Source: Eubacteriales Family XIII. Incertae Sedis bacterium (GTDB lineage: Bacteria; Bacillota; Clostridia; Peptostreptococcales; Anaerovoracaceae). Taken from it: a DNA stretch of 33,439 nucleotides. The position numbers and the translations under genes were made by a program. The stretch spans positions 1-33,439 of the forward strand of contig JAITPU010000028.1 in the NCBI GenBank assembly GCA_031289235.1. The letters are read 5' to 3'. Below, one piece after another: positions 1-9,113 of this stretch (positions within the stretch are counted from its first letter, which is position 1; every line of letters starts with the position of its first letter). The notes under the pieces are model-generated. The model was given only the letters and a program-made list of their open reading frames with translations, did not search any database and was not told the origin of the DNA.

Positions 1-371
1 AAAACAAGCTCCGGATATGGAAGGCTTATTGTCGCACTACCGGTCAGCTCATCGACTGGGAATGCGGCGGTCGTGATAGCGGAACCCTCAGAAAAATGCT
101 TGACCGGCTCAAGCGATGGAACATAAACATTTACTTTTCAGACCACTGGAAAGCCTACGCCGAACTCATACCGCCGGAGCTTTTGATTCAGACCAAAGCG
201 GAAACGCACGGCATTGAGCGCAACAACTTTAGACAGCGACATTGGTTTGCACGGTTCAGAAGGAAAACTTGTGTTGTTTCGCGCTCTCTGCAAATGGTTG
301 ACCTGACTATGGCTCTTTACGCTAAATTTTGGGTCAATGGCTCTTTTTATACAAAAACATTATTTAGTTGA
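1..371 (+). CDS. IS1-family transposase, C-terminal fragment (5' end outside the window)
   Basis: Frame 3 is open from nt 3 to the TGA at 369-371. The tail ...IYFSDHWKAYAELIP...HGIERNNFRQRHWFARFRRKTCVVSRS... follows the IS1 InsB-type pattern (Y.(T/S)D....Y ... IER.N...R ... R(K/R)T....S.S). The right IS boundary cannot be fixed from this window. Confidence 0.7.
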   Translation, partial: NKLRIWKAYCRTTGQLIDWECGGRDSGTLRKMLDRLKRWNINIYFSDHWKAYAELIPPELLIQTKAETHGIERNNFRQRHWFARFRRKTCVVSRSLQMVDLTMALYAKFWVNGSFYTKTLFS

Positions 372-395
372 CACCATCAATATTTTAAAACTTTA

Positions 396-423
396 TTACA
401 TTTCAGTGATTTTGCTGTATAAT
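396..423 (+). promoter_or_regulatory. sigma-70-type promoter candidate for the NCS1/dihydropyrimidinase operon
   Basis: -35 TTACAT (396-401), 16-nt spacer, -10 TATAAT (418-423) with TG directly upstream. It lies in an AT-rich stretch 25-52 nt after the transposase stop. Confidence 0.5.
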
Positions 424-432
424 GATTAAAAT

Positions 433-535
433 CGGATAATTCAGAAATTGCTTATAAAAGCATACTTACAATTCAGGCGGCAGGCGTGAAGCGCCCGAAA
501 AACCTGTTTACAGGGCTTTTCGGCCGAATTATCCG
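433..535 (+). promoter_or_regulatory. structured 5' leader domain (riboswitch-like, class not recognised)
   Basis: CGGATAATTC (433-442) is perfectly complementary to GAATTATCCG (526-535). The enclosed 83 nt contain hairpins AATTG/CAATT (446-450/469-473), GGCG/CGCC (483-486/492-495) and CGAAAA..CCTG-TTTA-CAGG..TTTTCG (496-522). The domain starts about 3 nt after the predicted TSS. Confidence 0.45.
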
Positions 536-577
536 CGAATCTATTTGCTGTTGTTTGCAGAAAACAGGAGGGATCAT

Positions 578-2092
578 ATGGCAAAGTACACGCAAAAAAA
601 ACGTGCCGGTCTTTATGAACTGACAAGCGAGGCGCGCGCCGAATTAGTCGACTCGTTATACTACAATGTTGACTTGGCTCCGACGTCGTTTTCACAAAGG
701 AATTGGTCGACCTACCACATCGCGTCGCTGTGGATCGGTATGTCGATCTGCATCCCGTCGTTCACTATGGCTTCGTCGCTGGTGGTTCTGGGTCTTTCGC
801 CGTGGCTGGCCGTATTGAACGTCGCGCTGGGAAATGTCATCATCCTCATCCCGATCCAATTGAACTCTCACGCCGGGACGAAATACGGTATTCCGTTTCC
901 AGTATTCGCGAGGATGACTTTCGGCGTCGTCGGGGCTCACATCCCCTCCCTTTCCAGAGCTATCACCGCCTGCGGGTGGAACGCGATTCAATCATGGATC
1001 GGTGGCGCGGCGATCGTATCGATAATCGCCTCGTTTGCGCCTTCGTTCCAGCAATCCTCGAAAGCGCCCTTTATCGGGTTCTTTATTTTCCTCGCCATCG
1101 TATGCCTCATCGCGGCACGCGGCCCCAACGCCATTCGGCTTCTCGAGGCTATCGGCGCGCCTGTCCTCATCATACTTACCATAGCGCTGTTTATCTGGTC
1201 GATACTGCTCGCTTCCAGCGTCAACGCAAGTTTCAGCGATATAATTCAAGCCAATACTGATTACGCGCAGATTGATTCAAACGGCGGATTCGCGTATATC
1301 TTCTTGGCGGGCCTCACCGCGAACATAGCGTTCTGGGCCACCATGGCTCTTAACATTCCGGACTTTTCAAGATACGCAGTCAGCCAAAAAGCTCAGTTCC
1401 GGGGACAGATCTACGGAATGCCCGTCACTATGGCCGCATGCGCTTTCATCGGCGCGTTCTTCGCCCAATCGACCAAAATCGCTTTAGGCGAAGCTATTTT
1501 CGACCCGACCGCAGTACTTCCTTTAATAGGAAATCCCGTAATTACATTTGTCGTCGGGCTCGGCGTCGTCATCGCAACCATAACGACCAACATCGCGGCC
1601 AACGTGGTCGCTCCGGCCAACGGATTTTCGAACATATCGCCAAAACGGATCAATTATTCCGCCGGCGTAATAATCAGCTGCATCATCGCCATTCTATACC
1701 GGCCCTGGTGGATCTTCGGCAGCGCCGGCGCTTACATCTTCGATTGGCTCAACGTGTACGGCGGTATCCTCGCTCCAATCGCAGCCATCTTCATAGCTGA
1801 CTACTATATCGTCAAAAAGAGTAACTTGGAAGTGTCGGCGCTGTATCGGAGCGAAAGCAGGTACTGGTATCAGGGCGGCTGGAATCTGAGAGCTATCATC
1901 GCATGGGTGGCCGGTTTCATTCTTCCGACGCTCGGCTCTACAGTTCTGTCCGGGAAACCAACGTTCTCATGGATCGCCGCTAATGGATATATCATCGGCT
2001 TCATCATCGGTCTGATCGTGTATGTACTCCTGATGAAGAGCGAAACCCGTTCTTTCCTCAGCGACAAAGAAGAATCCGCTATAACCGAATAA
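578..2092 (+). CDS. NCS1-family nucleobase/hydantoin:cation symporter (allantoin/uracil/hydantoin permease type)
   Basis: 504-aa polytopic protein with about 12 hydrophobic segments. The N-terminal NxDLAPT...RxWS motif region (YNVDLAPTSFSQRNWS) is typical of NCS1/PucI/Mhp1 permeases. Start moved from TTG 545 to ATG 578, which follows the SD AGGAGGG (566-572). Confidence 0.85.
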   Translation: MAKYTQKKRAGLYELTSEARAELVDSLYYNVDLAPTSFSQRNWSTYHIASLWIGMSICIPSFTMASSLVVLGLSPWLAVLNVALGNVIILIPIQLNSHAGTKYGIPFPVFARMTFGVVGAHIPSLSRAITACGWNAIQSWIGGAAIVSIIASFAPSFQQSSKAPFIGFFIFLAIVCLIAARGPNAIRLLEAIGAPVLIILTIALFIWSILLASSVNASFSDIIQANTDYAQIDSNGGFAYIFLAGLTANIAFWATMALNIPDFSRYAVSQKAQFRGQIYGMPVTMAACAFIGAFFAQSTKIALGEAIFDPTAVLPLIGNPVITFVVGLGVVIATITTNIAANVVAPANGFSNISPKRINYSAGVIISCIIAILYRPWWIFGSAGAYIFDWLNVYGGILAPIAAIFIADYYIVKKSNLEVSALYRSESRYWYQGGWNLRAIIAWVAGFILPTLGSTVLSGKPTFSWIAANGYIIGFIIGLIVYVLLMKSETRSFLSDKEESAITE

Positions 2093-2168
2093 TGAAAGAA
2101 CGCGATATCAAGTAAATCCGTGAACTCTTCAGGCTGAAAAGCAAAGATAAATTGACGGGAGGCGTATT

Positions 2169-3563
2169 ATGGATCTATTGATCAAGGGCGGTAAAATCGT
2201 TACCGCCGACGCGGCTTTCAAAGCGGATATCGCCGTGAAAAACGGAAAAATCGCCGCTATCGGCGTCAATATCAAACCTGAAGCGGGCGCTGAAACGGTT
2301 GACGCCGCAGATAAGCTGGTATTGCCCGGCGCCATTGACGCTCATACCCATTTGGCCATGCCTTTCGGAGGAACGATTTCGGCGGACGATTATGAAGCCG
2401 GAACCCGCGCCGCCGCCTGCGGCGGTACCACCACCGTGTTTGATTTCGTCCTGCAGGACTTCGGCGAGAGCATGGTAGACGCGGTCAAACGCCGGCAAGC
2501 CATATGCGAACCGCAGGCTGTCGTCGACTACGCGTTTCATGTAGGCGTCAAAGATGTTTCAGACGGCCTCTTAGACACAATCGACGATTCGGTCAAATAC
2601 GGAGTACCCAGTTTCAAGGTATTCATGGTATACGATTTCGGCGTGACCGACGGCGTATTCTATCAGGTGTTGGAAAAATCCAAGAAAGCCGGCGCCTTAA
2701 TCGCGGTTCACGCGGAGAACAACGAAATGGTGAACATGTTAACCCGCCGTTTCCTCTCGGAAGGCAAAACCTCGGCGTGGTATCACTATTTATCCAGATC
2801 CGAATTCGTCGAAGCCGAGGCCGACGAAAGGGCTATCCAGTGGGCTAAGAGCCTGAACGCGCCGCTCTACATCGTTCACCTCGCCAATAAGCAGGGCATG
2901 GACGCCGTAACGAAGGCGCGCGACGAAGGTTATCCCATTTTCGCGGAGACCTGCCCGCATTATCTCTACTTTACCAGTGACGTCTATAAGCGTGAAGACG
3001 GCAGGAATTGGGTGTGTTCCCCGCCTGTCAAGGGCAGAGAATCCAGAGAGGCCCTGTGGTCGGGCGTCAAACGCGGAGATATATCTACCATAGCCACGGA
3101 CCACTGTCCGTTCCAGCAGAATGAAAAGGATTGGGGCATTGACGATTTCAGCAAAATCCCAAACGGTTGCGCGGGCATCGAAAACATGTATCCTTACATG
3201 CTTTCCGAAGCCAATAAAGGCAGGATCACTTTCAATAAGGCTGTGGAACTCTGCGCCACCAACGTCGCTAAAATTTTCGGCTGCGCGCCTCAGAAAGGCG
3301 TTTTACAGGCTGGAGCCGACGCGGATATCGTCATATACGACCCCAAAAAGAACTTCACAATCAAGAACGAATTCATGCACGGCAACAACGACCATACCAT
3401 ATGGGAAGGCGTCGAACTTAAAGGCTATCCCATCGCTACCTACAGCCGCGGCAGTCTGGTTTATAAAGACGGCGAATTCCTCGGAAGCAAAGGCGCCGGC
3501 AAGTTCGTAAAATGCAAACCCATCAAGCTCACCGGCCCCGACCTGAGAAATATAAAATTTTAG
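2169..3563 (+). CDS. dihydropyrimidinase / D-hydantoinase (cyclic amidohydrolase)
   Basis: 464 aa with the full amidohydrolase metal-ligand set: DAHTHL (HxH), PSFKVFM (carboxylated Lys), AVHAEN, YIVHL, IATDHCP. SD GGGAGG lies 6 nt upstream. Confidence 0.9.
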   Translation: MDLLIKGGKIVTADAAFKADIAVKNGKIAAIGVNIKPEAGAETVDAADKLVLPGAIDAHTHLAMPFGGTISADDYEAGTRAAACGGTTTVFDFVLQDFGESMVDAVKRRQAICEPQAVVDYAFHVGVKDVSDGLLDTIDDSVKYGVPSFKVFMVYDFGVTDGVFYQVLEKSKKAGALIAVHAENNEMVNMLTRRFLSEGKTSAWYHYLSRSEFVEAEADERAIQWAKSLNAPLYIVHLANKQGMDAVTKARDEGYPIFAETCPHYLYFTSDVYKREDGRNWVCSPPVKGRESREALWSGVKRGDISTIATDHCPFQQNEKDWGIDDFSKIPNGCAGIENMYPYMLSEANKGRITFNKAVELCATNVAKIFGCAPQKGVLQAGADADIVIYDPKKNFTIKNEFMHGNNDHTIWEGVELKGYPIATYSRGSLVYKDGEFLGSKGAGKFVKCKPIKLTGPDLRNIKF

Positions 3564-3602
3564 CTCTGACGGCGATTCGCCGCTTATAATTCCGAACACG
3601 AA

Positions 3603-3636
3603 GAAAACAGGGATGGCTTTCCCTGTTTTCTTTTTT
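3603..3636 (+). terminator. rho-independent terminator between convergent genes (probably bidirectional)
   Basis: 11-bp perfect stem GAAAACAGGGA/TCCCTGTTTTC (3603-3613/3620-3630) with a 6-nt loop, followed by T6 (3631-3636). The A-rich 5' flank gives a weaker U-tract on the - strand. Confidence 0.7.
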
Positions 3637-3723
3637 GTCGCTCTGCAAAAAAAAATATTGCACAACGGAAAAAAGACCGTCGCGACGCGCAATGTCTATT
3701 ATCGGAGCAGCTTTAACGCGGCC

Positions 3724-4392
3724 TTAAGCGTGTTCCGCCGACGCGCGCCTGAACGAATTATCTATATGCCGACCCATAGCCTCCGCTCCCGCGCCGGCGT
3801 CGTCAGCGAGAAAAGCCTCGTAAATTTTTTTATGCTCATCGAATACCGTCTGCAAATGTTCTTCCTCGTAAGGCGCGTTTTGACTGCTGTACTTCATATA
3901 AGCCTGATAAGACGACAGCGCCTGCTGCAGCGTGCGGTTTCGCGAAGCGCCGTAGATGATCTGATGAAACCTGTTGTTGATATCTCTCATTTTTTTGCGG
4001 TCGTTCTTCCGCGTATAAAATTCCATAAAATCGAAAGTCTCTTCCAGTTTTTCCATTTCCTCTTTCGTGATGCGCGCGACAGCCCAGCGCACCGCCTGCA
4101 GCTCATAAAGCTTCCGCAGGACGAAGAGGTCTTCCATATCCTGTTTTGAAAATCCCACCACATGCGCGCCCCTGTTGGGGATGACTTCTATGAGGCCTTC
4201 TGTTTCCAGTTGTTTAAGCGCTTCGCGCACAGGGGTCCTGCTCACACGGTATTCGTCGCAGATCCGCTGTTCCGTCAGCTTTTCGCCGCGTTTCAAATCC
4301 TCTTTTAAAATATCCTCCCGCAGCTTCAGAAACAGGCTGCCGGAAAGCGGCAGCCCGGCGGCCGCGCTTTGTTCCGATTTAAAAACTGTCAC
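3724..4392 (-). CDS. GntR-family transcriptional regulator (FadR/FCD-type C-terminal domain)
   Basis: 222 aa. The N-terminal winged HTH (GEKLTEQRICDEYRVSRTPVREALKQLETEGLIEVIPNRGAHV) is classic GntR, followed by an all-helical C-domain. GTG start is preceded by GAGGAG. It lies 13 nt downstream of the aconitase stop, so the two are likely co-transcribed. Confidence 0.85.
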   Translation of the reverse strand: MTVFKSEQSAAAGLPLSGSLFLKLREDILKEDLKRGEKLTEQRICDEYRVSRTPVREALKQLETEGLIEVIPNRGAHVVGFSKQDMEDLFVLRKLYELQAVRWAVARITKEEMEKLEETFDFMEFYTRKNDRKKMRDINNRFHQIIYGASRNRTLQQALSSYQAYMKYSSQNAPYEEEHLQTVFDEHKKIYEAFLADDAGAGAEAMGRHIDNSFRRASAEHA

Positions 4393-4405
4393 GCTGTTTT
4401 TCTCC

Positions 4406-6331
4406 TCATCCGTTATTCCTCATCAGATTTATTTTCCCGCCGGCGAGAATTATCTGCCGTTCGTATTCGGATAAATCAGACAGCGCCCGCCGCGTGTTTT
4501 CCCTTTCCGGAGAATGTATCACGACGGTGGGGTTTAGAATCTGTTCGCGCGCATCCCTGATCACGAGCCTTTCTCCCAGCTGCACATCGCCGTAGTCGGC
4601 AGGATTTTCAAACAACAGCGGTATGATGCCGCTGTTGATGAGATTGGAGCGGTGTATGCGCGCGAACGATTTTGCCAGGACAAATTTGACTCCCAGATAT
4701 AAGGGTGCCAGCGCCGCGTGTTCCCGGCTGGAACCCTGCCCATAATTCTCTCCGGCGATTATAACACTTCCGTTCGCCGCCTTGCATTTTTTGGCGAATT
4801 CCGCGTCTGTTTTCTCAAAACAAAAGTCCGCGAGATAGGGTATGTTGGAACGGTACGGGAGCAATCTTGAATCGGAAGGCATGATGTCGTCGGTAGTGAC
4901 GTTGTCCCCCGCAAGCAGCACAACAGTCCCCGCCGCCTCGTCTTCAAGCCTCGTGTTCCGCGGGAACGGCTTGATATTGGGACCCATCGCGACGGGAGTA
5001 TTTTTCTTATTCGCGCCGGCGGGATATACGATGAAACTGTCGCGCGGCGGGAAACTTTCAGGCGGCGCGGCGGAAAGCGGCCGTCCGGTTTTCATGCCGT
5101 CGGTCAGGACACCGCGCACCGCTGAAATCGCCGCTGTTTCCGGACTTACGAGGTAAACGCCCGCGTCAAGAGTTCCGCTCCTGCCTTTGAAGTTCCGGTT
5201 AAACGTGCGCAAAGAAACCGCGCCCGATCTCGGCGACTGTCCCATGCCTATACACGGCCCGCAGGCGTTTTCGATGATGCGCGCTCCCGCGTCTATGAGG
5301 TCCGCCAACGCGCCGTTCGACGCCAGTTTGCTGAGAATCCTGCTTGATCCCGGGGAAATCACGAGACTGACGTCCGGATGGACTCTGTTGCCCTTCAATA
5401 TTTCCGCTACCTTCATCAAATCCTCGTAGGACGAATTCGTGCAGCTTCCGATGGCCACCTGATCCACATGTATCTCCCCGATATTCGAAACGCTGTCCAC
5501 GTTGTCAGGACTGTGCGGCATAGCCGCCAGCGGCGTCAACTCGGAAAGATTCACCTTTAAAATCTGATTGTAAACCGCGTCGGCGTCGGCGGCAAAAGGC
5601 GCGTAGTCACTTTCCCTGCTCTGGGACGCGAGATAGAGACGCGTATTTTCATCGCTCGGGAATATGGATGTCGTAGCGCCCAGTTCCGCGCCCATATTCG
5701 CGATTGTGGCTCTTTCCGTCACTGAAAGAGACGCCGCGCCCTCCCCGGTATATTCCACGATTTTCCCGACTCCGCCTTTCACCTTGAGCCGCTTAAGCAC
5801 ATAAAGAATCACGTCCTTTGCCGATACCCACGGCCTGAGACTGCCGGAAAGCTCCACATTGACGACTTTAGGGACCGTCAGCCTGTAAACGCCGCTCGCC
5901 ATGGCGACGGCCACATCCAGCCCGCCCGCGCCGATAGCGATCATGCCTATGCCGCCTCCCGTCGGCGTATGACTGTCAGAGCCAAGAAGGGTTTTCCCCG
6001 GCGCTCCGTAGTTTTCCAGATGCAGCTGATGGCATATGCCGTTTCCCGGTTTAGAAAACAGCACGCCATGCCGTTTCGCCACGCTTTCTATAAACGCATG
6101 GTCGTCAGCGTTTTCAAATCCCGTCTGTAAAGTGTTATGATCAATATACGCCACCGACAAGTCGGTTTTCACGAAGTCTGCGTCCATCGCTTCCAGTTGC
6201 AGATAGACCATGGTTCCCGTGGAGTCCTGCGTCAGGGTCTGATCAATTTTGATCGTTATTTCCCCGCCGGGCGAAAGTTCCCCTTCTATCAGATGATTTT
6301 CTAATATTTTATACGCCAATGATTTTCCCAT
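4406..6331 (-). CDS. aconitate hydratase (640-aa fused aconitase-family enzyme)
   Basis: 641 aa with aconitase-family Fe-S ligand motifs (GSDSHT, IGSCTN, CGPCIGMG) and a C-terminal swivel domain (GENYGQGSSREHAA). Confidence 0.8.
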   Translation of the reverse strand: MGKSLAYKILENHLIEGELSPGGEITIKIDQTLTQDSTGTMVYLQLEAMDADFVKTDLSVAYIDHNTLQTGFENADDHAFIESVAKRHGVLFSKPGNGICHQLHLENYGAPGKTLLGSDSHTPTGGGIGMIAIGAGGLDVAVAMASGVYRLTVPKVVNVELSGSLRPWVSAKDVILYVLKRLKVKGGVGKIVEYTGEGAASLSVTERATIANMGAELGATTSIFPSDENTRLYLASQSRESDYAPFAADADAVYNQILKVNLSELTPLAAMPHSPDNVDSVSNIGEIHVDQVAIGSCTNSSYEDLMKVAEILKGNRVHPDVSLVISPGSSRILSKLASNGALADLIDAGARIIENACGPCIGMGQSPRSGAVSLRTFNRNFKGRSGTLDAGVYLVSPETAAISAVRGVLTDGMKTGRPLSAAPPESFPPRDSFIVYPAGANKKNTPVAMGPNIKPFPRNTRLEDEAAGTVVLLAGDNVTTDDIMPSDSRLLPYRSNIPYLADFCFEKTDAEFAKKCKAANGSVIIAGENYGQGSSREHAALAPLYLGVKFVLAKSFARIHRSNLINSGIIPLLFENPADYGDVQLGERLVIRDAREQILNPTVVIHSPERENTRRALSDLSEYERQIILAGGKINLMRNNG

Positions 6332-6438
6332 GCCCTGTATCGCCTTTCTCGACCCCTTGTTTCAGTGTTCAGTTGAATTACTAAGTAAACAGTAAGATTG
6401 CGCCAAGCGGAAAACTCCGCAGCCGCCGCTACCAACGT

Positions 6439-9027
6439 CTAACTTTGAATGGCAACGTTATTCTCTCTGATTTTCACGGTGACCTCGTCGCCGTCCTTTA
6501 TTTCGCCGCGAATGAGCTTCGTTGCGATTTCCGTTTCGATGTGCTTTTGCAGATATCGTTTGACGGGCCTCGCGCCATAGGTCGGCGAATAGGTTTCCTT
6601 CGCTATAAACCTTCTGCTTTCGTCCGTGAAAGTCACGGTGATGTTCCGTTCCGCGAGCCGTTTTCCGATGTCTGCCATGGCGATGTCTATGATCTTCACG
6701 AGATCATCTATGCTAAGCGGTGAAAACATCACTATATCGTCGATACGATTCAGAAATTCCGGGCGAAAACAGCGCTTCATCTCCGCTTCCACCGCGTCCC
6801 GCGTCTCGTTGCTGATAACGCCGTCCTTGGAAATATTTTCGATAAGATACGCGCTGCCTATGTTCGAGGTCATGATCACGATGGTGTTTTTGAAATCTAC
6901 CGTCCTTCCCTGATTGTCCGTAAGCCGTCCGTCATCCAGCATCTGCAGCAGGATGTTGAACACGTCGGGATGAGCTTTTTCGATCTCGTCGAAGAGGATA
7001 ACGCTGTAAGGCCTTCTTCTCACGGCTTCGGTCAGCTGTCCGCCCTCGTCATAGCCGACATAGCCCGGAGGCGCTCCCACCAACCGCGATACCGAGTGTT
7101 TCTCCATATATTCCGACATGTCGACGCGTATCATGTTTTTTTCAGTATCAAACAGAGCCTCCGACAAAGCTTTGGCCAACTCCGTCTTTCCCACGCCCGT
7201 GGGACCGAGGAAGATGAACGAACCTATCGGCCGCCTGTCGTCTTTTAATCCCGCTCTGGCGCGCAGCACCGCTTCAGAAACCGCGGTCACCGCTTCGTCC
7301 TGCCCGACTACGCGCCTGTGCAGGATTTCGGGAAGCCGCACCAATTTTTCACGTTCCGACTCGACCAATCTGCTCATGGGGATCCCGGTCCATTGTGAAA
7401 CCACTTCCGCGATTTCTTCTTCCGTGACCTCTTCTTTCAAGAGCCGCCTTCCGCCGGCCTCCGCGGCTTTTTTTTCTTCTTCCGCCAGCTTTTTTTCCAG
7501 TTCCAGCAACACGCCGTACTTCAACTGCGCCAAAGTTTCCAGATCGTACCTGCGTTCCGCTTCTTCAATCTGCCGCCTGACTTCCTCAATCCGCAGCTTC
7601 GCGCCTTTTATCTCCGTGATGGCTTTCTTTTCGTTTTCCCACTGGGCGCGCATACCGTCGTTGATCGCTTTCAGTTCCGACAGTTCCTTCTCTATATTTT
7701 CAAGCCTCACCTTAGACGCGTCGTCCGTTTCCTTGGCGAGAGCCTGCTTCTCTATCTCAAGCTGCATGATCTTCCGCGCGCTCTCGTCGAGTTCGGCGGG
7801 CAGGCTGTCTATTTCCGTGCGGATCTTCGAGGCGGCCTCGTCCATCAGGTCAATCGCCTTATCCGGCAGGAAGCGATCGCTTATATAGCGTTCGGACAAA
7901 GTAGCGCAGGCGATGATGGCGCTGTCGGTGATGCGCACGCCGTGATGTATTTCAAACCGCTCTTTCAGGCCGCGCAAAATAGAAACCGTGTCCGTCACCG
8001 TAGGTTGATCTACGACAATCTTCTGGAACCGCCGCTCCAACGCCGCGTCCTTTTCGATATACCTGCGGTATTCGTCCAGAGTCGTCGCTCCTATGCAATG
8101 AAGTTCCCCTCGGGCCAATTTGGGTTTCAGCAGGTTGCCCGCGTCCATCGAACCCTCCGCCCTGCCCGCGCCCACGATGTTATGCAGTTCGTCTATGAAC
8201 AAAATGATCCGCCCGTCTGATTTTTCGATCTCGTTCAGCACGGATTTCAGCCGTTCCTCAAACTCGCCTCTGAATTTCGCGCCCGCGATGAGCGCGCCCA
8301 TATCAAGCGCGTAGACGGTCTTATCCTTCAGGCCCTCGGGAACATCGCCGTTGAGTATACGCTGCGCCAGCCCTTCCACCACCGCGGTCTTGCCGACGCC
8401 CGGCTCGCCTATGAGCACGGGGTTGTTCTTCGTCCGCCGGGAAAGAATGCGGACAGTATGCCTTATTTCCGCGTCCCGTCCGATGACCGGATCAATCTTG
8501 CCTTCGCGGGCAAGCTGTACCAAGTCGCGGCCGTACTTGTTCAGCGCGTCGTAGTTATCCTCGGGATTTTGGCTGGTTACCCGCTGATTTCCACGCACAC
8601 CGCCCAAAGCCCGCAGAAAAGCCTCCTCCGCGACATTGTGCTTCTTGAGTATGCGCGCGGACGCGCTATTTTTCTCCTCAAGCAGCGCCAGATAAATATG
8701 TTCGACGCTTATGTATTCATCCTTAAATCCCGACGCTTTCTTTTCCGCCGCGGCCAGCACCTGATTCAGCCGCCGCGTGACATACAGGTCATCATCGACG
8801 TTCTGTACCTTCGGCAGCTTATCTATCTCCGCCTCAAGTTCCTCCGCCATCTTGCCGCCGTTTACTCCCATAAGGGAAAGCAGCTTGAGAATAAGGCCGT
8901 CACGCTGTCTCAGCAACGCAAGGTGCAGATGTTCCACATCAACCTGCTGATGTCCCTCGCCGATTGCGATATTTTGACTTTCAGACATAGCTTCCTGCGC
9001 GTTTCGCGTCAATTTTTCAAAATTCAT
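6439..9027 (-). CDS. clpB: ATP-dependent chaperone ClpB
   Basis: 862 aa with a Clp N-domain and two AAA modules (GEPGVGKTA and GPTGVGKTE Walker A). A long coiled-coil M-domain separates them, and there is no ClpP-binding tripeptide loop region. Confidence 0.95.
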   Translation of the reverse strand: MNFEKLTRNAQEAMSESQNIAIGEGHQQVDVEHLHLALLRQRDGLILKLLSLMGVNGGKMAEELEAEIDKLPKVQNVDDDLYVTRRLNQVLAAAEKKASGFKDEYISVEHIYLALLEEKNSASARILKKHNVAEEAFLRALGGVRGNQRVTSQNPEDNYDALNKYGRDLVQLAREGKIDPVIGRDAEIRHTVRILSRRTKNNPVLIGEPGVGKTAVVEGLAQRILNGDVPEGLKDKTVYALDMGALIAGAKFRGEFEERLKSVLNEIEKSDGRIILFIDELHNIVGAGRAEGSMDAGNLLKPKLARGELHCIGATTLDEYRRYIEKDAALERRFQKIVVDQPTVTDTVSILRGLKERFEIHHGVRITDSAIIACATLSERYISDRFLPDKAIDLMDEAASKIRTEIDSLPAELDESARKIMQLEIEKQALAKETDDASKVRLENIEKELSELKAINDGMRAQWENEKKAITEIKGAKLRIEEVRRQIEEAERRYDLETLAQLKYGVLLELEKKLAEEEKKAAEAGGRRLLKEEVTEEEIAEVVSQWTGIPMSRLVESEREKLVRLPEILHRRVVGQDEAVTAVSEAVLRARAGLKDDRRPIGSFIFLGPTGVGKTELAKALSEALFDTEKNMIRVDMSEYMEKHSVSRLVGAPPGYVGYDEGGQLTEAVRRRPYSVILFDEIEKAHPDVFNILLQMLDDGRLTDNQGRTVDFKNTIVIMTSNIGSAYLIENISKDGVISNETRDAVEAEMKRCFRPEFLNRIDDIVMFSPLSIDDLVKIIDIAMADIGKRLAERNITVTFTDESRRFIAKETYSPTYGARPVKRYLQKHIETEIATKLIRGEIKDGDEVTVKIRENNVAIQS

Positions 9028-9030
9028 ACC

Positions 9031-9097
9031 CTCACCATTTCCGCTGACACGGCAAATGAACTGCCGCTCGCGTAAACAATCCTTTCCTTCCTTTCAT
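9031..9097 (-). repeat. leader module copy 1 (immediately 5' of clpB ATG), shared with cbiM
   Basis: Plus-strand CTCACCATTTCCGCT-4-CGGCAAATG-4-GCCGCT..TTCCTTTC matches 18717-18768. 35 of the first 42 positions are identical, including an exact 15-mer. Confidence 0.8.
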
Positions 9098-9113
9098 CAA
9101 AAAAATATATTGC

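Noticed and set aside
545-577. N-terminal extensions offered by the ORF track. These are TTG 545 for the permease, 12052 for CYTH, 13339 for EIIC-like, 20967 for EF-G-like, 22031 for the small OadG-like protein, 24787 for lysS and 28158 for the delta subunit.
   Set aside because: In each case an internal ATG or GTG follows a good Shine-Dalgarno sequence and matches the usual family N-terminus. The extensions overlap upstream genes or regulatory hairpins.
441-695. 84-aa - strand ORF across the permease leader and start.
   Set aside because: It has no SD, overlaps the promoter, leader and start of a well-supported + strand gene, and its composition is not protein-like.
7118-7888. Long + strand ORFs antisense to recognisable - strand genes. 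Examples: 7118..7888 (256 aa), 23645..24940 (431 aa), 27644..28651 (335 aa), 30374..31435 (353 aa), 31976..33130 (384 aa), 20173..21072 (299 aa) and 19321..20103 (260 aa).
   Set aside because: Each lies entirely opposite a gene with unmistakable family motifs (clpB, lysS, mmdA, ftsH, tatD/tilS, EF-G-like). Their translations are low-complexity Ser/Arg/Pro-rich, they have no SD, and they are typical shadow ORFs of GC-rich coding DNA.
9032-9097. 21-codon upstream ORF (MKGRKGLFTRAAVHLPCQRKW) in the clpB leader, ending in a TGA that overlaps the SD region.
   Set aside because: The homologous cbiM leader has an in-frame TAG and no equivalent start, so the conserved element is not protein-coding.
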